DNA of 64,000 nt from Candidatus Moraniibacteriota bacterium (GCA_052034975.1 JBPOIA010000002.1:3461-67460), one strand, 5' to 3'. Shown: positions 50,635 through 59,600, counted from the stretch's first letter. The notes: a model not told the origin generated them from the sequence alone. Numbers and translations are program-made.

Positions 50635-52041
50635 TCAAACTTTTGCAGATCGCTCCTCTAATTCTTTTATTCTTTTCTTCAGCTTTATCATTTCCAATTC
50701 CCGATTGACCGCTATCGTATTGAACGATTCCAGTTCTTCGTTTTTCAAACGCAGAGATTCTTCCATTTTCTTTCTTTGCTCCACCTCGGCCTGCAATGCG
50801 GCCGTCCTCTCCGATACGACTTTCTCCAGCTGTTCCTGATCGATGACCGACTGAGCGAGTTTGAGCGCGTGAAATCTGTTCCGAACAAAAAGCGCCACAA
50901 CCAACGCAATGAGAAGGATAAATACCGCCACACCGATCCACACGTATTCACGATACTTCACATAAAAACTTTCCGGCTGATTTATGATGATACTCCCGGG
51001 TGGAACATTCGCCCTATCGCTCTTATGAGCGATCAATTCCCGATAATCAAAAGCGTAGACGTTCGGACTCTGCAATACTATCGGGATATCCTCTATGTTC
51101 TCTCCACCAAGCACCCGCACGGCGATATCCGCCATCGCGCCACCCTGGGCCTTGCCCGACGTCAGCTTGCCACCGACGATACCATCTCCCAAATTGAAAT
51201 CCCATGTTCCATAAATAGGAACATCCGTTTCGGCACGAATTTCTTTCAAAAGTTCGCTGTAACTATAATACCTTCCCGTCTTGTCCGAAGCATTGAAAAT
51301 CGTCACATAAATCAGACTGTTTTCCGGCATCTGCCTGACAGCGTCCACAATCTCATCGCCGGACAAACTGCCGTCATACACGGTAACAGCATAGTCTCTC
51401 TCATATTTCGGTACGAGCCTGTCTATATAATCACCGACGATCTTTCCCGTCGTGGTGCTGTCACGAATGAAAAAGATATTTCTGACACCCGGTTGGAGTT
51501 TGAGAGCGATATCGACACTCGCTTCGATGTCGCTGTCCTCATTGATACCACTTATGAGTTTCTGATCTTTGATTCTCTCCAGACGATTCTGTATGAAATT
51601 CGTCCCGCAAAAAACCACGGGAACATCTGGAAAAAGCTCATCTCGGTGCGTCAACGTGAAATTGAACGCGTCGTCATCCGAGGTAAGCACGATATCGTAT
51701 TTGAATTTTCCGAACTTATACTTGAATTGTTCGAAAAGAAGCTGTCGCGATGTCTCATCATTCACCCGCTTGGTATCCATATTCTCCACTTGGAGATCGT
51801 ACGCGATACCGCTCGCATCAAGTTTCTCCTTTACCGCCTGCGTTATCTGTGCGGTCCATTTGTAACTCTGATCGTAAGAATTGATAAGAAGCACGCGCTT
51901 GACCGGACTATTTCCAGCTTGCGCGATAATTGTATCAAAAAGAAAAACTGAAAAAACTAACAAAACAACCGACACTATACCAAAAAAAGATTTTTTGTTT
52001 GTTGCTGATATACCCATAATCACTTTATAAGTATACACCAA
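50635..52041 (-). CDS. membrane sensor: extracellular substrate-binding-like domain, TM and coiled coil; no catalytic output domain
   Basis: RVLLINSY..YKWT, MDTKR, SDDDAF, PVVFCG, GIVGG, YAFDY as in sensor kinase input domains; ends ERTAAL...RELEMIKLKK. Confidence 0.85.
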   Translation of the reverse strand: MVYTYKVIMGISATNKKSFFGIVSVVLLVFSVFLFDTIIAQAGNSPVKRVLLINSYDQSYKWTAQITQAVKEKLDASGIAYDLQVENMDTKRVNDETSRQLLFEQFKYKFGKFKYDIVLTSDDDAFNFTLTHRDELFPDVPVVFCGTNFIQNRLERIKDQKLISGINEDSDIEASVDIALKLQPGVRNIFFIRDSTTTGKIVGDYIDRLVPKYERDYAVTVYDGSLSGDEIVDAVRQMPENSLIYVTIFNASDKTGRYYSYSELLKEIRAETDVPIYGTWDFNLGDGIVGGKLTSGKAQGGAMADIAVRVLGGENIEDIPIVLQSPNVYAFDYRELIAHKSDRANVPPGSIIINQPESFYVKYREYVWIGVAVFILLIALVVALFVRNRFHALKLAQSVIDQEQLEKVVSERTAALQAEVEQRKKMEESLRLKNEELESFNTIAVNRELEMIKLKKRIKELEERSAKV

Positions 52042-52237
52042 AAATATCAGAAGTTTCTATTCTACTTTACAGCAAGAATATCACCATCTGCTTTCATTCT
52101 CAATTTCACTGAATGTAAAACCTGGTAGCAACAGCGGAACTCTCTTGACTTGACGGATGAAAAGAATGATTTTAAGTTTTTCTTCGGCAGAAAATTCTTA
52201 AAAATTTACTGAAATTTATATTGATCAATAAGCCAAA

Positions 52238-52825
52238 CTAGTTCGATACGGAGTCAAGTATACTCCTAATTTGCGCTAACTCATCATCAGATAGTGCGTC
52301 ATTAGAAGTCACCAACATTTTTATAGAACTGTCACCAGAATATACTCCTACTATTTCAGTAGTACCTATTTTTGGCTGTATCATTTTTTTCATATCTTTA
52401 AATTTACTGCTCAGACTCACGTCAGTAGTGGTGCACCCAGGAATCACGCTACAGCTTGACATACCTTGGCTCTTTCCGATAGACACGTTTAATGTATTAT
52501 TATCGGTATAGAGCGTGAAGTCCGAACCAGCCTTCCGACACTGCCAACCTTTTGGGATACTTGCACTCACTCCGCCCGCCGAACAGTCGTCGGTTACATC
52601 AACAACTTTATTTACATCTTCTAGACTCTTTTTTACTTTGTCGGGAAGCTTTGACTCATCTAAATCCTGATTGCCAACCAAATCCTGAATGGTATCGTCG
52701 TCTTGTTCTTCTGTTATGGTGCGATCACGACCGTTCAATAAAAAAATACCGCCGATAACCACTGCTCCAGCAAGTACCAATATAATCAATAGATTGGAAA
52801 ATCCTCGCTCTTTTTGATTCATCAT
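52238..52825 (-). CDS. surface-anchored hypothetical protein with prepilin-like N-terminus
   Basis: RGFSNLLIIL plus hydrophobic helix; four Cys; low GC. Confidence 0.8.
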   Translation of the reverse strand: MMNQKERGFSNLLIILVLAGAVVIGGIFLLNGRDRTITEEQDDDTIQDLVGNQDLDESKLPDKVKKSLEDVNKVVDVTDDCSAGGVSASIPKGWQCRKAGSDFTLYTDNNTLNVSIGKSQGMSSCSVIPGCTTTDVSLSSKFKDMKKMIQPKIGTTEIVGVYSGDSSIKMLVTSNDALSDDELAQIRSILDSVSN

Positions 52826-52980
52826 ATGTAATTTTTTATTCGTTTAATTAATAATTAATCTCCAAAGTTTTTTAGTAGAGCGTATAATACTTTACATTAA
52901 GTGATATCAAGGCTTTGCTGTAAGATTATAATAACGAATTTTTTAATTTTTTTCAAGAAAAGGCCACTTCTAGCCTTCAT

Positions 52981-53112
52981 AAAGTTCGGGCCGATCTAGA
53001 GCGTGGACCAGTCATCCGGAAGATGTTTGAACGAGTCGCGTACGAACGCTGGAGCGGCCGAAAAGCTTACCACTGGCTCAAATTCGACATCAACTTCAAA
53101 TCCAAAGGAAAC
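52981..53112 (+). pseudogene. fragment of a large serine recombinase (recombinase domain)
   Basis: DLERGPVIRKMFERVAYERWSGRKAYHWL resembles the D.ERA.IIR.MFE start of the recombinase domain; no catalytic N-terminus. Confidence 0.55.
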
Positions 53113-53178
53113 ACAAGAGCTCTCGATCAATTCCTCACGCCATACCTCATCAGAATCTCCTATATGACATTCGTAATG

Positions 53179-53830
53179 TCATTTCTTAAAAATATTTTTA
53201 CGATGATAATTAAGATATGTTCTTCTCTTATCGCTTGGTGGAATATTGTACTTTCTTCCTTTTACAAGGTTTAGTTTTTTAAGATTCAGCGGCGATATAT
53301 AAGGCGAAAGCAAAAGAATACCGTCATCCTCAAACGAAATGAAGCCCTGATCAAAAAGGCGATCGTATGTCGGCGTGAGAGCTAATCCGTTATTATGATC
53401 TATTTTCTCCACTTCATCCGATACGCTCCATGGTTTTATATGGCTTGCAATCAAAATTCGCTCATCATTTACTCTTGTGATAATACATTCAGAAGATTCC
53501 TCAAGAAGTTTCAAACGATATGCACCTTGTCCAATACGAGCATTGACGAGTTGCTCCTTTTCTCGCGCCAGCAACCTCTTTTGTTCAATCACTTCTTTAA
53601 CCTGACGCTCTTTTGCGGGATATAGTACGGATTGAAAGAGTAACTCAATGACGGACGGAAAAGGAAGAAAAAATTGCCAGTCGCATCTTTTAATTTCAAA
53701 ATGGAAACATAAGAAATGACGGGAAGCATAATACTCCGAAAATACTCTCGGAAAATATCATCGTATGAGCGAACATAATAGCGAGATGTACCTTGTTCGC
53801 CGACAGCACTTTCTAGTATAAAAAATCTCT
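53179..53830 (-). pseudogene. HNH endonuclease, 5'-truncated and frameshifted
   Basis: ARIGQGAYR, LIASHIKPW, NGLAL..DRLFDQG; upstream frame RFFILESAVG...NPYY shifts near 53620 into PAKERQVKEVIEQ. Confidence 0.75.
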
Positions 53831-53837
53831 AGCTAAT

Positions 53838-54041
53838 CTAAATTTTCTGTTTCAAAAAATTGGCTATGAATTCATCTATATCATTTTCCGGAGTTTGTCT
53901 ATTAGTTTCAAGAAATTCCAAGGTCGCATCGACAATCTTATGTCTATGCTCTGCTCTTGATATGTTTGAATTCTCGTTGGTCTGCAGAGCAAATTCAACT
54001 GCACATTCTATCGTCTTGTATAATTTTTCGTCAATAATCAT
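53838..54041 (-). CDS. small hypothetical protein (67 aa)
   Basis: ORF immediately downstream of the HNH gene on the same strand. Confidence 0.55.
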   Translation of the reverse strand: MIIDEKLYKTIECAVEFALQTNENSNISRAEHRHKIVDATLEFLETNRQTPENDIDEFIANFLKQKI

Positions 54042-54045
54042 ATCT

Positions 54046-54816
54046 TTATTTTACAAAAATTTCTTGGTTGTGAAAAGTAAGGAAATCTTTATTTGGCAAA
54101 AACCTTTTAGGTAATTCTATTTGTTTTCCCTCAAAATCATAGAAAAACTTTTGAATGTTCGTTTCTTTTCGAAAAATGGCTACTGATTTTGAAACCTTGA
54201 TTTTGTAATCGTTATCAATCGTTATAAGTCCCTTATCAAATGCTCTGTCGTGAAAAGAATTAAGACACAACCCATTTTCAGGATTGAGCCGATTTTTTTC
54301 ATCTTTTGACCACGGAACAATATGGCTTGCAATTAGTAGATCGGTTAGTGAAATTCCGGTAATACAACATTTATTGTCATACGAAGCGAGTACAGAACTG
54401 CGAAAAAACGATTGATTGACTCTGATTTTTACAATAGCCTCTCTCGTTTTCCCTTCCCTTAATAAATTTTTTTCAATTTCTTTCTCATCGCCCAGCTCGA
54501 TTTTTTGATTTAGGAATTTTGCAAGAAGTATTTCGCTTTCGTATGCGAGTGTATCCCAGTCGTGATAGAACTCGTCAAAGACCGCCTTATCCAATTTTCC
54601 TGCGTTGGTTGCTCCTTTTATGTTTCTTGCTTTAAGTGTCGGATCAAAACTTGCAAAATTCACCAATTTCCACGCAACAGCTGATGGCGTTCTTCCGATT
54701 GCTTTCGCAAGTTTTATAATTTGTTCATTGCGATAATTGATTTTTCCAAATGGGATTTTACAATAAAGATTAAAAGCAATAATCAATTCCTCGCGTTTCC
54801 AGTTTTTTCGTTCCAT
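54046..54816 (-). CDS. HNH endonuclease (putative restriction enzyme) with N-terminal DNA-binding domain
   Basis: WKREELI, GRTPSAVAWKL.NF, RVNQSFFR, CCITG, ASHIVPW, NGLCLNSFHDRAFD. Confidence 0.9.
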   Translation of the reverse strand: MERKNWKREELIIAFNLYCKIPFGKINYRNEQIIKLAKAIGRTPSAVAWKLVNFASFDPTLKARNIKGATNAGKLDKAVFDEFYHDWDTLAYESEILLAKFLNQKIELGDEKEIEKNLLREGKTREAIVKIRVNQSFFRSSVLASYDNKCCITGISLTDLLIASHIVPWSKDEKNRLNPENGLCLNSFHDRAFDKGLITIDNDYKIKVSKSVAIFRKETNIQKFFYDFEGKQIELPKRFLPNKDFLTFHNQEIFVK

Positions 54817-54819
54817 AAA

Positions 54820-55272
54820 TTAAATATTCAAAACTTGCGGATAAAAAATATAGCCAAGTTCTTTGAACGTATTTTGGATAACCTCCCACGTTTTTCCGCT
54901 GTCATGACTCAAAAGACCTTTCACATTTTCAAAAATGAAAGCTTTTGGTTTGATTTCACTAACAAGGCGCGCAAATTCGTAAAATAAAGTACCACGAGCG
55001 TCTTTAAAACCACGTCTTTTTCCAACCATTGAGAACGATTGACATGGCGTTCCGCCAACAAGCAAATCAACTTTTCCTTTAAATTTTTTCCCGTCTATAT
55101 CTTGAACAAGATCGAACCATCGTGATTCATCGATATTATAATTTGCAAAAAAACTTTTCTTAACATAAGAATCATTATCACATGCAAAAACAAGTTTATG
55201 CTTAACACGCATACGTTTTAACGCATGTTCAATCGCGCCTATTCCACTAAATGCCGTCGCTAATCTTAACAT
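54820..55272 (-). pseudogene. dcm: DNA cytosine-5 methyltransferase, N-terminal fragment
   Basis: FSGIGA (motif I), GGTPCQSFS (IV), ENVKGL (VI); stops at QVLNI before motifs VIII-X. Confidence 0.85.
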
Positions 55273-55399
55273 AAGTAAATCCTAGCGACTTAATTTTAGC
55301 AACTCCAAAAATCTTTTACTAGACCATCCATTTAGGATGAATTTCTGTAACACAAAATACCGAGGCAACCTCTTACGATTTCGCAAAAAGTGCAATTTG

Positions 55400-55487
55400 C
55401 GGGAAGGGAGGGATTCGAACCCTCGAGGGGTTTTACCCCCTGCCACGTTAGCAGTGTGGTGGTTTAAGCCATCTCACCCACCTTCCC
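55400..55487 (-). tRNA. tRNA-Ser(GCT)
   Basis: GGGAAGG...CCTTCCC-G; loop CT-GCT-AA; long variable arm; GGTTCGAATCC; CCA not encoded. Confidence 0.92.
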
Positions 55488-55500
55488 AAATTTGATTTAT

Positions 55501-56511
55501 TTAAGCTATTTTATATCTTTTCAAATGTTTCGGATTGTTTGTTCCAACCAACCGAAAATATCTTTCCACATCTTTTTTGGCTTCAATTCTGACATCCCGT
55601 CCACTTTTCATTATCCGATGCTCTATTTTCAAGTCAGACAACATATTGCTCACAGATTTCAAAAGCGGACAAGAGTGATTTTTAAAGCCTACTTTCTTAT
55701 AAAGATATCTCTTTCTCTTTGAGAAGTACCGGTGAATTATAACACAGCCATCAGTATCAATCAAGCCACGAACACAGGCGATGGAATACTTTTTGTCTTT
55801 TTTGATCCACCTCGGAATATCGACTTGTTGCCTCACTTTATTTCCTCGTTTTAAACCAATTTTCTGAGTAAGATACGAAATAAGGCCTGTTCTCGAAATT
55901 ACTATCCGACAAGCAATGGACCCGTTGTGAAAATAGGTTCCCGTAGGAATCTCAAAAAGATTCTCAACGAGTTTCTGAACAAACTTCAAATACTCACCAT
56001 CATCGATACTATTTAATGTAACCGTAATCTGATAATTGCTTATCCCACCGTCTCCAAGCACGATACCAACAAATTCGGCCAATGCTTCTGAAAACTCCGG
56101 TTTCCGAAATGGCAACGGTCGAGTAATTTTTGATGGATTCCATTTTCCTTCATTTTTCCACCATTCGCGCCATTTTTTCTTCCGATATTCTTCGTTGCCG
56201 CCAACCTTGCCATATTTGGCAACTATTGCTCTGCCGCCCGCTTTCGCTCCTTTATCTGTATACCAATACGCTTCCTTAATTTCGATATTTTTTGGAATCC
56301 CGCACTTCCTTTGTTTACAAATATTTTCAACAGCCGTAAGAGACATGGAGTTCCTTTCATTTTTCCATTCAGTCAACGTACGCCGACTTATCTTGGCGAT
56401 ATCGGCCAAACTTTCCCAAGAAACACACAAATCTTCCTTTGTCCGTAAAAGAAACTTTTTTTGCTTCCCTTTCGGAAAACAAACTCGTTTTGAATTTAAC
56501 AGTTCAGCCAT
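55501..56511 (-). CDS. free-standing double-motif LAGLIDADG endonuclease-like protein with N-terminal HTH
   Basis: LAEFVGIVLGDGG and CVRGLIDTDG motifs; LADIAKISRRTLTEW HTH; very basic; low GC. Confidence 0.85.
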   Translation of the reverse strand: MAELLNSKRVCFPKGKQKKFLLRTKEDLCVSWESLADIAKISRRTLTEWKNERNSMSLTAVENICKQRKCGIPKNIEIKEAYWYTDKGAKAGGRAIVAKYGKVGGNEEYRKKKWREWWKNEGKWNPSKITRPLPFRKPEFSEALAEFVGIVLGDGGISNYQITVTLNSIDDGEYLKFVQKLVENLFEIPTGTYFHNGSIACRIVISRTGLISYLTQKIGLKRGNKVRQQVDIPRWIKKDKKYSIACVRGLIDTDGCVIIHRYFSKRKRYLYKKVGFKNHSCPLLKSVSNMLSDLKIEHRIMKSGRDVRIEAKKDVERYFRLVGTNNPKHLKRYKIA

Positions 56512-56590
56512 ATCTCTATTCTAATACAAGATAGAGAAATAGCAACGCCAAAAAAACCAAACCGGGCCTGCTGAAGCTCGGCAAATATTC

Positions 56591-56965
56591 CTACAACGCC
56601 GAGTCCATCGGATTGTTCCTTCCTGCGGCTCGGCCGTATCCGACGTACAGGAACGTGACCGCGATCACGAGGTGCAGGATATCGTCCGCCATATTGGACG
56701 CGAACAGCCCGAGGATCATATCTCCTGGCACGAGAAATCCGAGGATCACTATGAGACCGTACGCCACACCAAACATCCGGGCGTATGTCCGCATCTGTTC
56801 CCTGCCTTTACCGACGGCGATAAACGCCAGCACACCGGAGAGGATATGGATAGTATTATGCAGCGGATCGACGGCAAAAATGCCAAGAAGCGGATCGTTG
56901 AAGAATCCCAAAAATCCGATCGCGAGAAACACGACACCCAGGATGGTCAATATCGTCTTGTCCAT
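56591..56965 (-). CDS. DUF4383-like 4-TM membrane protein
   Basis: GVVFLAIGFLGF, HNTIHILSG, ADDILHL. Confidence 0.8.
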   Translation of the reverse strand: MDKTILTILGVVFLAIGFLGFFNDPLLGIFAVDPLHNTIHILSGVLAFIAVGKGREQMRTYARMFGVAYGLIVILGFLVPGDMILGLFASNMADDILHLVIAVTFLYVGYGRAAGRNNPMDSAL

Positions 56966-57119
56966 ATGCGTATCTCAAATGAATAATACTGGGTTCCGAG
57001 CAGGCGCGTCGACCGTCGCCCCACCCTTTCAGAAGATATATCCAGTATACACCGGGCAAACGGCGCATTCCCCTTTTTGTCAACAAAAAAACAGCCCGGT
57101 TTCCCAGGCTGTTTCTCGT

Positions 57120-57434
57120 TTACCAGCGGTTTCCGCCCTCTTGGGAGCGATACCCGCCATTGCCTCCGGTACGCGGCGGACGCTCTTCGAGCGGGCGCGC
57201 CTCGTTCACCGTGAGGGTCCGTCCTTCGAGTTCCTTGCCATTCCACATCTCGATAGCCTTCTTGGCATCATCATCCGTGGCCATCTCGACAAAACTGAAA
57301 CCGCGGGAGCGGCCGGTCATTTTGTCGATGATGATCTTGGCAGAAACGACGTTACCAGCCTGGGCGAACGCATCGCGCAGACTGTCTTCGGTCGTTCCAT
57401 AGGAAACGCCGCCGACGTACAGCTTTGTTGCCAT
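57120..57434 (-). CDS. RRM (RNP-1) RNA-binding protein
   Basis: KLYVGG (RNP2), SRGFSFVEM (RNP1), GRTLTVNEARP, Gly-rich tail. Confidence 0.95.
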   Translation of the reverse strand: MATKLYVGGVSYGTTEDSLRDAFAQAGNVVSAKIIIDKMTGRSRGFSFVEMATDDDAKKAIEMWNGKELEGRTLTVNEARPLEERPPRTGGNGGYRSQEGGNRW

Positions 57435-57613
57435 AATAGATCTACTCACTTGATTACCGTGTAAGGCGACCTTCTCCTTGCTGGCCCTACTTGACTGATA
57501 CGGGTTTGGCAACACCGCAGCTGCGTCAGCGAAACTCCAGAGAGAAAAACTTACAACACCCGCACCATAGCACGGCTGGGACGAAAAAGCAAGCAGGAAA
57601 TACCGAAAAATGC

Positions 57614-57689
57614 TGGTGCGCCCGGTAGGAATCGGACCTACGGCCTTTGGGACCGGAACCCAACGCTCTATCCACTGAGCTACGGACGC
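57614..57689 (-). tRNA. tRNA-Arg(CCG)
   Basis: GCGTCCG...CGGGCGC-A-CCA; TTGGG-TT-CCG-GT-CCCAA. Confidence 0.93.
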
Positions 57690-57735
57690 GAATAAAATTG
57701 GGAGTTGCCGCTGCGCGAGACGGAATTTTACGTAG

Positions 57736-57808
57736 TGCGCTCGGCAGGAATCGAACCTGCGACCCTCAGGACCGCAACCTGATGCTCTATCCACTGAGCT
57801 ACGAGCGC
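57736..57808 (-). tRNA. tRNA-Arg(GCG)
   Basis: GCGCTCG...CGAGCGC-A; TCAGG-TT-GCG-GT-CCTGA; followed by CTA, not CCA. Confidence 0.93.
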
Positions 57809-57854
57809 GACGATGAAAAACAAAAGCTTTCCGAATACCGGTAGGAAAGCGTAA

Positions 57855-58340
57855 TTAAATATGCAGCAATCTTTCCAATGTGTCAACCAGCCCGGGTTCG
57901 TGCGTGTCTTCCGGAATGAATTCGTCGAGCGTCTCCCGAAGCACACCCATATCGATCGTCAGGATCGGAATATGGACATACGGCACAAGTTTGCCATTCG
58001 TTTTCAGACTAAGCAGGTTCTGAAACGGCGGCTCAGTGTAAAAATGGAACGACTCTATGCCATCGAACGTGTAAAAATCCTTGCCGGCGATGATGCCTTT
58101 GGTCGTAACGACGAATAAAAGTGTCTCTGGCGGCCGATGGAGCGACAGATACCCCACCACTCCGATCAGAATGAACACGATCGCCATCAAAGGACTGTTC
58201 GTATAGAGCGCGTACGCGATGATGACAATAAGGAGTGTGGTCACCACGATGCGCGACCGCGGCCCAAGCTCGAGCGGTTCGTGTTCGGGCGCCTCCCATT
58301 CAAGGAGCGCTTCACCATATCCCGAATACATCCCTGGCAT
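57855..58340 (-). CDS. 2-TM membrane protein with PH-like soluble domain
   Basis: LEWEAPE, two TMs, TTKGI, FDGIESF. Confidence 0.8.
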   Translation of the reverse strand: MPGMYSGYGEALLEWEAPEHEPLELGPRSRIVVTTLLIVIIAYALYTNSPLMAIVFILIGVVGYLSLHRPPETLLFVVTTKGIIAGKDFYTFDGIESFHFYTEPPFQNLLSLKTNGKLVPYVHIPILTIDMGVLRETLDEFIPEDTHEPGLVDTLERLLHI

Positions 58341-58402
58341 ACGATTCCTGATTACCGAAAAGACTTTCCCACTATACCATACCCGCCGCGAACCGGCGAA
58401 GG

Positions 58403-58431
58403 TTGCCTCCGAAACGAAGTATTGTTACAGT
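58403..58431 (+). promoter_or_regulatory. probable promoter for the tRNA-Ser(TGA) locus
   Basis: TTGCCT-17 nt-TACAGT, 9 nt before the upstream tRNA 5' duplicate. Confidence 0.5.
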
Positions 58432-58440
58432 TAATTCCAC

Positions 58441-58572
58441 GGAAGCGTGGCCGAGTGGGCTCGGTGTGAGCAAGCAAGCACCGGGCGGGTTTCGATGGAA
58501 ACCCCGGAAGCACGAGGCCATCAGTTTTTCGTATCAGCGTCAGCTGATAATTTTGGAAGCGTGGCCGAGTGG
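58441..58572 (+). repeat. 18-bp direct repeat of the tRNA-Ser 5' end flanking a 96-nt structured insert
   Basis: GGAAGCGTGGCCGAGTGG at 58441-58458 and at 58555-58572. Confidence 0.85.
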
Positions 58573-58644
58573 TTGAAGGCAGCGGTCTTGAAAACCGTCA
58601 GGCCCGAAAGGGTCTCGGAGGTTCGAATCCTCCCGCTTCCGCCA
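58555..58644 (+). tRNA. tRNA-Ser(TGA)
   Basis: GGAAGCG...CGCTTCC-G-CCA; GCGGT-CT-TGA-AA-ACCGT; long variable arm. Confidence 0.95.
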
Positions 58645-58648
58645 AGAA

Positions 58649-59497
58649 TCAATACGTCCGAATGAAGTTTTCGAGAGCGGTCATTAGACGGCGCGTGATT
58701 GGTCCGGGCGTTTTGGATCCGATAGCTGTCTCATCGATTTGCACGACCGGCACGACGCACTTGCTCGACCCGGTAAGAAACACTTCATCCGCCGAAAACA
58801 ATTCTTCGCGACTGATCGGCCGTTTCTGTACGGTTATTCCCTCTTGTTCCGCAAGCTCGATGATACACCCCTGCGTGATGCCCCAGAGCACATTGCCCCA
58901 CGTCGTCGCAAGCGTACCGTCTTTCACAATGAAGAGATTGCTCTGCGACGCTTCCGACACCTTGTCGCCATTTATGTAGATCGTCTCAAATGCGCTCATT
59001 TCGCGCCGCCGCGGCAGATCACGGATCGCGAGCACGTGATTAGCAAGTTTCACCTGTGGAATGGGACGTTCGTATTCAAGTGTGATTACTTTCACTCCAT
59101 CCGTGTAAATACTCGCCGGATACGGATGCGATGCCTCGGCAATGACAAGGAATGTCTCTCTGCCTTCCTCGGGTGTGAAACCGTTTCCACTCGGCCCGCC
59201 GGAAAGTACCGTGCGGAATGAAAACTTCGGAAGACCAACGTTCCGTTCGATGAGTGTAGTAAGGATGCCGCCGTATTCCGCCTCGGTCGCCGGTACGCGC
59301 AGATGGAGCGCCTCGGCCGACCGGCACAAGCGTGCGAAATGCCGCTCCCACAGGAACGCTTTGCCGTTCTCCACCGGCATCACGTCGAACACGGCATATC
59401 CGCGGAGGAATCCCAAATCATACGGATCGATAGAGACGCGTCCGAGCGGAAGGTATTCTCCATTTTTATAACAAACAGGCGAAAACAATTCATTCAT
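58649..59497 (-). CDS. class IV PLP aminotransferase (IlvE/D-amino-acid transaminase family)
   Basis: DLGFLRGYAVFD, HFARL, EASQSNLF, LWGIT, ADEVFLTGS; start probably ATG 59497. Confidence 0.9.
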   Translation of the reverse strand: MNELFSPVCYKNGEYLPLGRVSIDPYDLGFLRGYAVFDVMPVENGKAFLWERHFARLCRSAEALHLRVPATEAEYGGILTTLIERNVGLPKFSFRTVLSGGPSGNGFTPEEGRETFLVIAEASHPYPASIYTDGVKVITLEYERPIPQVKLANHVLAIRDLPRRREMSAFETIYINGDKVSEASQSNLFIVKDGTLATTWGNVLWGITQGCIIELAEQEGITVQKRPISREELFSADEVFLTGSSKCVVPVVQIDETAIGSKTPGPITRRLMTALENFIRTY

Positions 59498-59571
59498 ACT
59501 AAAAATCAGTCTATGGTCTGCTTGTATTATATTGGCTATCGTTTCCTTTGACGAGGCTTCGCTTTCTCGAC

Positions 59572-59600
59572 TTGACTTTTTCCGCATTTTGGAGTATAAT
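59572..59600 (+). promoter_or_regulatory. sigma70-type promoter
   Basis: TTGACT-17 nt-TATAAT. Confidence 0.7.

Noticed and set aside
50776-51951. 391-aa plus-strand ORF
   Set aside because: Antisense shadow of the sensor gene
55488-56590. tRNA intron or group I intron hosting the LAGLIDADG gene
   Set aside because: The adjacent tRNA-Ser is complete and no second exon or intron core is visible upstream
57435-57794. N-terminal extension of the RRM protein
   Set aside because: Overlaps two tRNA-Arg genes
58441-58554. Second tRNA gene upstream of tRNA-Ser(TGA)
   Set aside because: No anticodon arm, T-arm or matching 3' acceptor strand within the segment
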